Source: Chiloscyllium plagiosum
Taxonomy: Eukaryota
DNA: 64,000 bases
Reading direction: 5' to 3'
Assembly: GCF_004010195.1 (NCBI RefSeq)
Contig: NC_057718.1
Span: 102,985,566-103,049,565, forward strand
Within the stretch, counting starts at the first letter, position 1, and each line of letters begins with the position of its first letter. A model generated the notes under the pieces. It did not search any database. It was given only the letters and a program-made list of their open reading frames with translations, and was not told the DNA's origin. The position numbers and the translations under genes were made by a program. Shown here piece after piece: positions 59,989 to 64,000 of the stretch.

Positions 59989-60357
59989 TAACTTCATTAC
60001 ATTCTGTGAAATTGTCATATTTACGCAGTAGATATGAGATAAATTCACCACATTTTAACAGTGTTGTGAATTATAGTCAATGAAAAACTGAAAATGAACT
60101 ATTGTTAGTGTGAACTCTCTTTAGTCCTGGTAACAATCATTGTCGGAGATTTTAAAGAGTGCATTTATTTTTCACTTCTCATTTCTTTATTCTCCGTTGA
60201 ACAAATTGCCGTTCCATTGTTATATTTTTGTTTCTGTGTCTGATTCTACAATGAGTTTCCTGCGAACGTTACACTTCCTTCTCAGACCTCATAATGTCAA
60301 TTTCACAATCTTTCATAATTGGATCAATGAGGAAATGGATTTGGTTGCCTGCTTCAC

Positions 60358-60945
60358 TTATAGAATCATAAGGTCATACAGCACAGAAACAAACCCTTCA
60401 GTCCAACCAGTCCATGCCGACTGCTATTCCAAACTAAACTAGTCCCACCTGCCTGCGCTTGGCCCAGATCCCTCCAAACCTTTGCTATTCATGTACTTAT
60501 CCAAATGTCTTTTAAATGTTGTAACTGAACCCACTTCCTAAGGAAATACTTCCACACTCTGTGTAAAAATGTTGCCCCTCATGTCTTTTTAAAATCTTTC
60601 TCCTCTCAGCTTCAAATAAACCCCCTAGGTCTTGAAACCCTCCAGGACTGAAAAGACACCTGGCCCTCATCTATGTCTCTCATGATTTTATAAACCTGTA
60701 CAGATGGTCACCCCTTGAGCTCCTTCACTTCAGTGAAAATGTTTTCAGCCTATCTAGTCTCTCCCCATTTCAAAAACCCTCTATTCCCAGAAACATCCTG
60801 GTAAATATTTTCTGAACCCTCTCCAGCTGAATAACGTCCTTCCTATAATGGGGTGACCAGAACTGCACACAGTAATCCAGTAGAGGCCTCACCAACATCC
60901 TATACAACCCCAACATGATGCCCCCAACTCCTATGTTCAAAGGTC
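60358..60945 (-). mobile_element. CR1 3' fragment
   Basis: LVRPLLDYCVQFWSPHYRKD plus 3' UTR. Confidence 0.88.
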
Positions 60946-61195
60946 CGAGCATTAGGTGCCCAGTTTCCCTCACTGCGACTCTATTTGCTCACATTTTTAG
61001 GACTCCTAGATGAAAAAAACAAAAATCGAGAGCATGCAAAATCAAGTTTCACCCGAGATACCACGGGATTCCCTGTCACAGCAAAATCTGATACAGAACA
61101 GCAGGATTGATACAGTGCAGAAGGAGGCCATTTGGCCCATCATGTCTGTGCCGGCTCCCAAACAGGCATCTCACAGGGTGTCACTCTTCTTGACT

Positions 61196-61715
61196 TAGAA
61201 CAAAGAACAAGAACAAAGAAAATTTACAGCGCAGGAACACGCCCTTCGGCCCTCCAAGCCTGAGCCGATCCAAATCTACTGTCTACACCTGTCGCCCAAT
61301 TCCTAAGCATCTGTTTCCCTCTGCTCCCTATCTACTCATGCATTTGTCCAGACGCATCTTAAATGAATCTACCGAGCCTGCCTCTACTACCTCTGCCAGC
61401 AAAGCATTCCAGGCACCTACCACCTTCTGTGTAAAGTACTTGCCGCGTGCATCCCCCTTAAACATTTCACCTCTCACCTTGAAAGCGTGACCTCTCGTTA
61501 TTGAATCCTTCACCCTGGGAAAAAGCTTATCTCTATCTACTCTGTCTATACCTTTCATGATTTTGTAGACCTCAATCAGGTCCCCCTTCCTTTTTTGCTC
61601 ATGAAAATAATCCTAACCTACTCAACCTCTCTTCATAGCTAGCACCTTCCATACCAAGCAATATCCTCATAAACCTTCTCTGTACCCTCTCCAAAGCGAC
61701 CACATCCTTTTGGTA
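61196..61715 (-). mobile_element. CR1 3' fragment
   Basis: KDVVALERVQRRF, TRGHAFKVRG, YFTQKVVGAWNAL; tail reads (agaacaa)n on +. Confidence 0.9.
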
Positions 61716-61964
61716 AGGTTCGACCTGAGCTGTACACAGACTTCTTCCTGTGACCCTGTGCGTTCTCTTCCAATAACCACCTATTTCAAATTGGAATGCT
61801 TTAAATGTCCCTGCCTCCACTACCCTCTCACATGGCGCATTTCAGAACCTAGCTGCTTGCTGCGTGAAAAGTATTTCCCTCACTTCAATCTTGTTTCTTT
61901 TATTGATTACGTTAAACCTGCACTGTCTCAGCCTTGATCCTTTCACAAGTGAGAAGAGTTTCTA

Positions 61965-62135
61965 AGCAGGACCTGCAGATAGAGAAACAGTGTTAACATT
62001 TCAAGTCCATTACAACTTCTTTGGAAGTTCTGAAGAAATCATACTAGACTCAAAACGTTAACTCTGTTTCTCTCTCCAAAGATGTTGCTGAGCTCCTCCA
62101 AGTTCCTCTGCGTTTCTATTAGATTTCCAGCACCC
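61965..62135. mobile_element. Penelope-like family C inverted pair
   Basis: Plus arm agtt-ctgaaga...gactc-aaaa-cgtt-aact (62026-62063), preceded by an inverted arm. Confidence 0.7.
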
Positions 62136-63159
62136 CTTTATTACGGGAACGTTTTCTCCCTATCTCCTGAGCAGACCTCTCATGATTCTGAGGATGATCT
62201 CGATCACATCAGATCTTCGATCAGATCTCGTCTCCAAAGAGAACAGTCCTAGCTTCCACCTTTGTATCTGAAATTCCTCAGTGCTGAAAGCCTTGTGACA
62301 GAAACAATCAGGTGCAAAACCCAGTGATGTGAAACAACGATTAAAAATGAGTGGCTTTGGAAACTAAGATGGCCAATCCTCCTCTGCAGCAGTGGGGAGC
62401 TTTGTTTGCGCTGTGTAACTCGGGAATAGGAAAGTGGGTCATCTTGCTCAGCAAGGCAATCATGCCCTCCAGAGAAAGGCAATATGGGAGCTATTTCCAC
62501 AATTACCAGATCAGAGGCCTGGTACCAATAAATGCGATTTAGTAGGAAATCACGTGAAGAAAAGACAGCAATCACAATTAATTTAAAAGGACAAATGATC
62601 AAATCCCTGCAATATGCTACAATATGGTTAAAAATGATAAATACCAGCATGAAACGCTATGCATTATGAAACAGATAATGATTTTCATGGAGGGTGCATG
62701 GTATATAGCTGGATTCTGTTCTGATCAATTGCAGCATGTCCAAATTTAATCAGTATAACGGAATGATTATTATCTCAGTGCATATTCACTACGTGCTGCT
62801 GTACCCTTGAACTCAGCAGAGCAGAATTAATATTAAATAACAATTACACAGTAAGTTACGAAATGTTACAACACAAATAGCGTAAATACTTAGCTATATT
62901 GCCTGCTTTCTGAGTTCCTAAAGTCACACATATTTCCAAATTTGTCTGTGTGAAAGAAAATCTGAAAAGTGCTTCGATTGTTTGGCGATTCTTAGTGAAT
63001 GGCGTTTCAAGGCGAATAAGACACCTCCTAATTGTTGCTTTCACTTGTTTCCTAAATCACCACAGTTTACAGTAGACCTCATTTTATCTCAGCTTTAGCC
63101 TAAGTTTAGCTTTGCAGAACAAACATAGAGACTGCATCTTGATTCACTCACAGACGTTT

Positions 63160-63670
63160 ACATCACAGAAAGAAGGTGATTTGGCCCTTTGTGCTCATGC
63201 CTGCCAACTACAATCTAGTTCTCCAGTTCTCGGCCCAAGGCCCTGGAGGTAATGCAGCTCAGTATCTACATAATGCTTCAGTGTTACAGGAGAGTCTGAT
63301 TCAACCATCCTTTCAGGCAGTGAGTGCCAGATTTCCATCTCCCAGTTAGTGAAAGTAATTCATTTTAGCTCTCCTCTTCACCTTCTGTGTCTTACGTTAT
63401 ACTGATCCCTTCCTGTCCAGCCCATCTATGTCCCTCAAAACCTTATACACCTCTGTCAAGTCCCCTCTCAACCTTCACTGCTCCAAGGAAAAAAAATCCC
63501 AGTCTATCCAATCTTTCCTCATAGTTCAGAACCACCAGCCCAGGCAGGATCCTGGTAAATCTCCTCTGTACTCTCTCTTGAGTACAATCACATCCTTCCT
63601 ATAATATAGTGATCAGGACAGCACACAATATTTTAGTTGTGGTCGAACTGGTGTTTCACAATTCCAACGA
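63160..63670 (-). mobile_element. Old CR1 3' fragment
   Basis: Minus strand PQLKYCVLS*SLYYRKDVIVLKRVQRRFTRILPGL. Confidence 0.75.
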
Positions 63671-63794
63671 CCTACACATCTACATCAGATCATGGAGCAA
63701 AATCACAATATGAAGCAAGGTATATTTATTAATCTAATTTGATAGAATGTTAAAAAACAAGGAACATGAGCATCAGCGGAGTTTATGAAGGGCT

Positions 63795-64000
63795 TATCAT
63801 AAAGTCATAGAGATGTACAGCATGGAAACAGACCCTTCAGTCCAACCCATCCATGCCGACCAGATATCCCAACTCAATCTAGTCCCACCTGCCAGCACCC
63901 GGCTCATATCCCTCCAAACCCTTCCTATTCATATACCCATCCAAATGCCTGTTACATGTTGCAATTGTAACAGCCTCCACCACTTCCTCTGGCAACTCAT
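63795..64000 (-). mobile_element. Young CR1 3' end, continues beyond window
   Basis: Reverse complement of 1435-1635. Confidence 0.92.

Overview
Repeat-rich eukaryotic DNA, almost certainly cartilaginous fish (shark/ray). This is inferred from HE1-type V-SINEs, HER1/CR1 LINEs and a Deu-domain SINE; the species cannot be determined from here. I found no convincing host exon, rRNA, true tRNA or CRISPR; all recognisable ORFs are decayed retroelement fragments. The window holds many CR1 LINE copies (two with the SGNH-esterase ORF1), a Gmr1-like Gypsy LTR element with integrase before RT and a SCAN-like Gag (15729-21615), an L1 with an exact 18-bp target-site duplication (54146-58508), an RTE fragment, a probable solo LTR and several SINE families. 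The most striking signal is more than a dozen short, often inverted insertions from about four Penelope-like families carrying minimal hammerhead-ribozyme cores (CUGANGA-stem II-GAAA-short helix III-NUH) whose stems co-vary between families. One family is tied to a GIY-YIG endonuclease remnant. One young 89-bp-arm palindromic copy sits in one unit of a 441-bp tandem duplication whose other unit shows the empty site. Repeat-free islands may be conserved non-coding elements. Family names are from recognition, not database search, and boundaries of old repeats are approximate.
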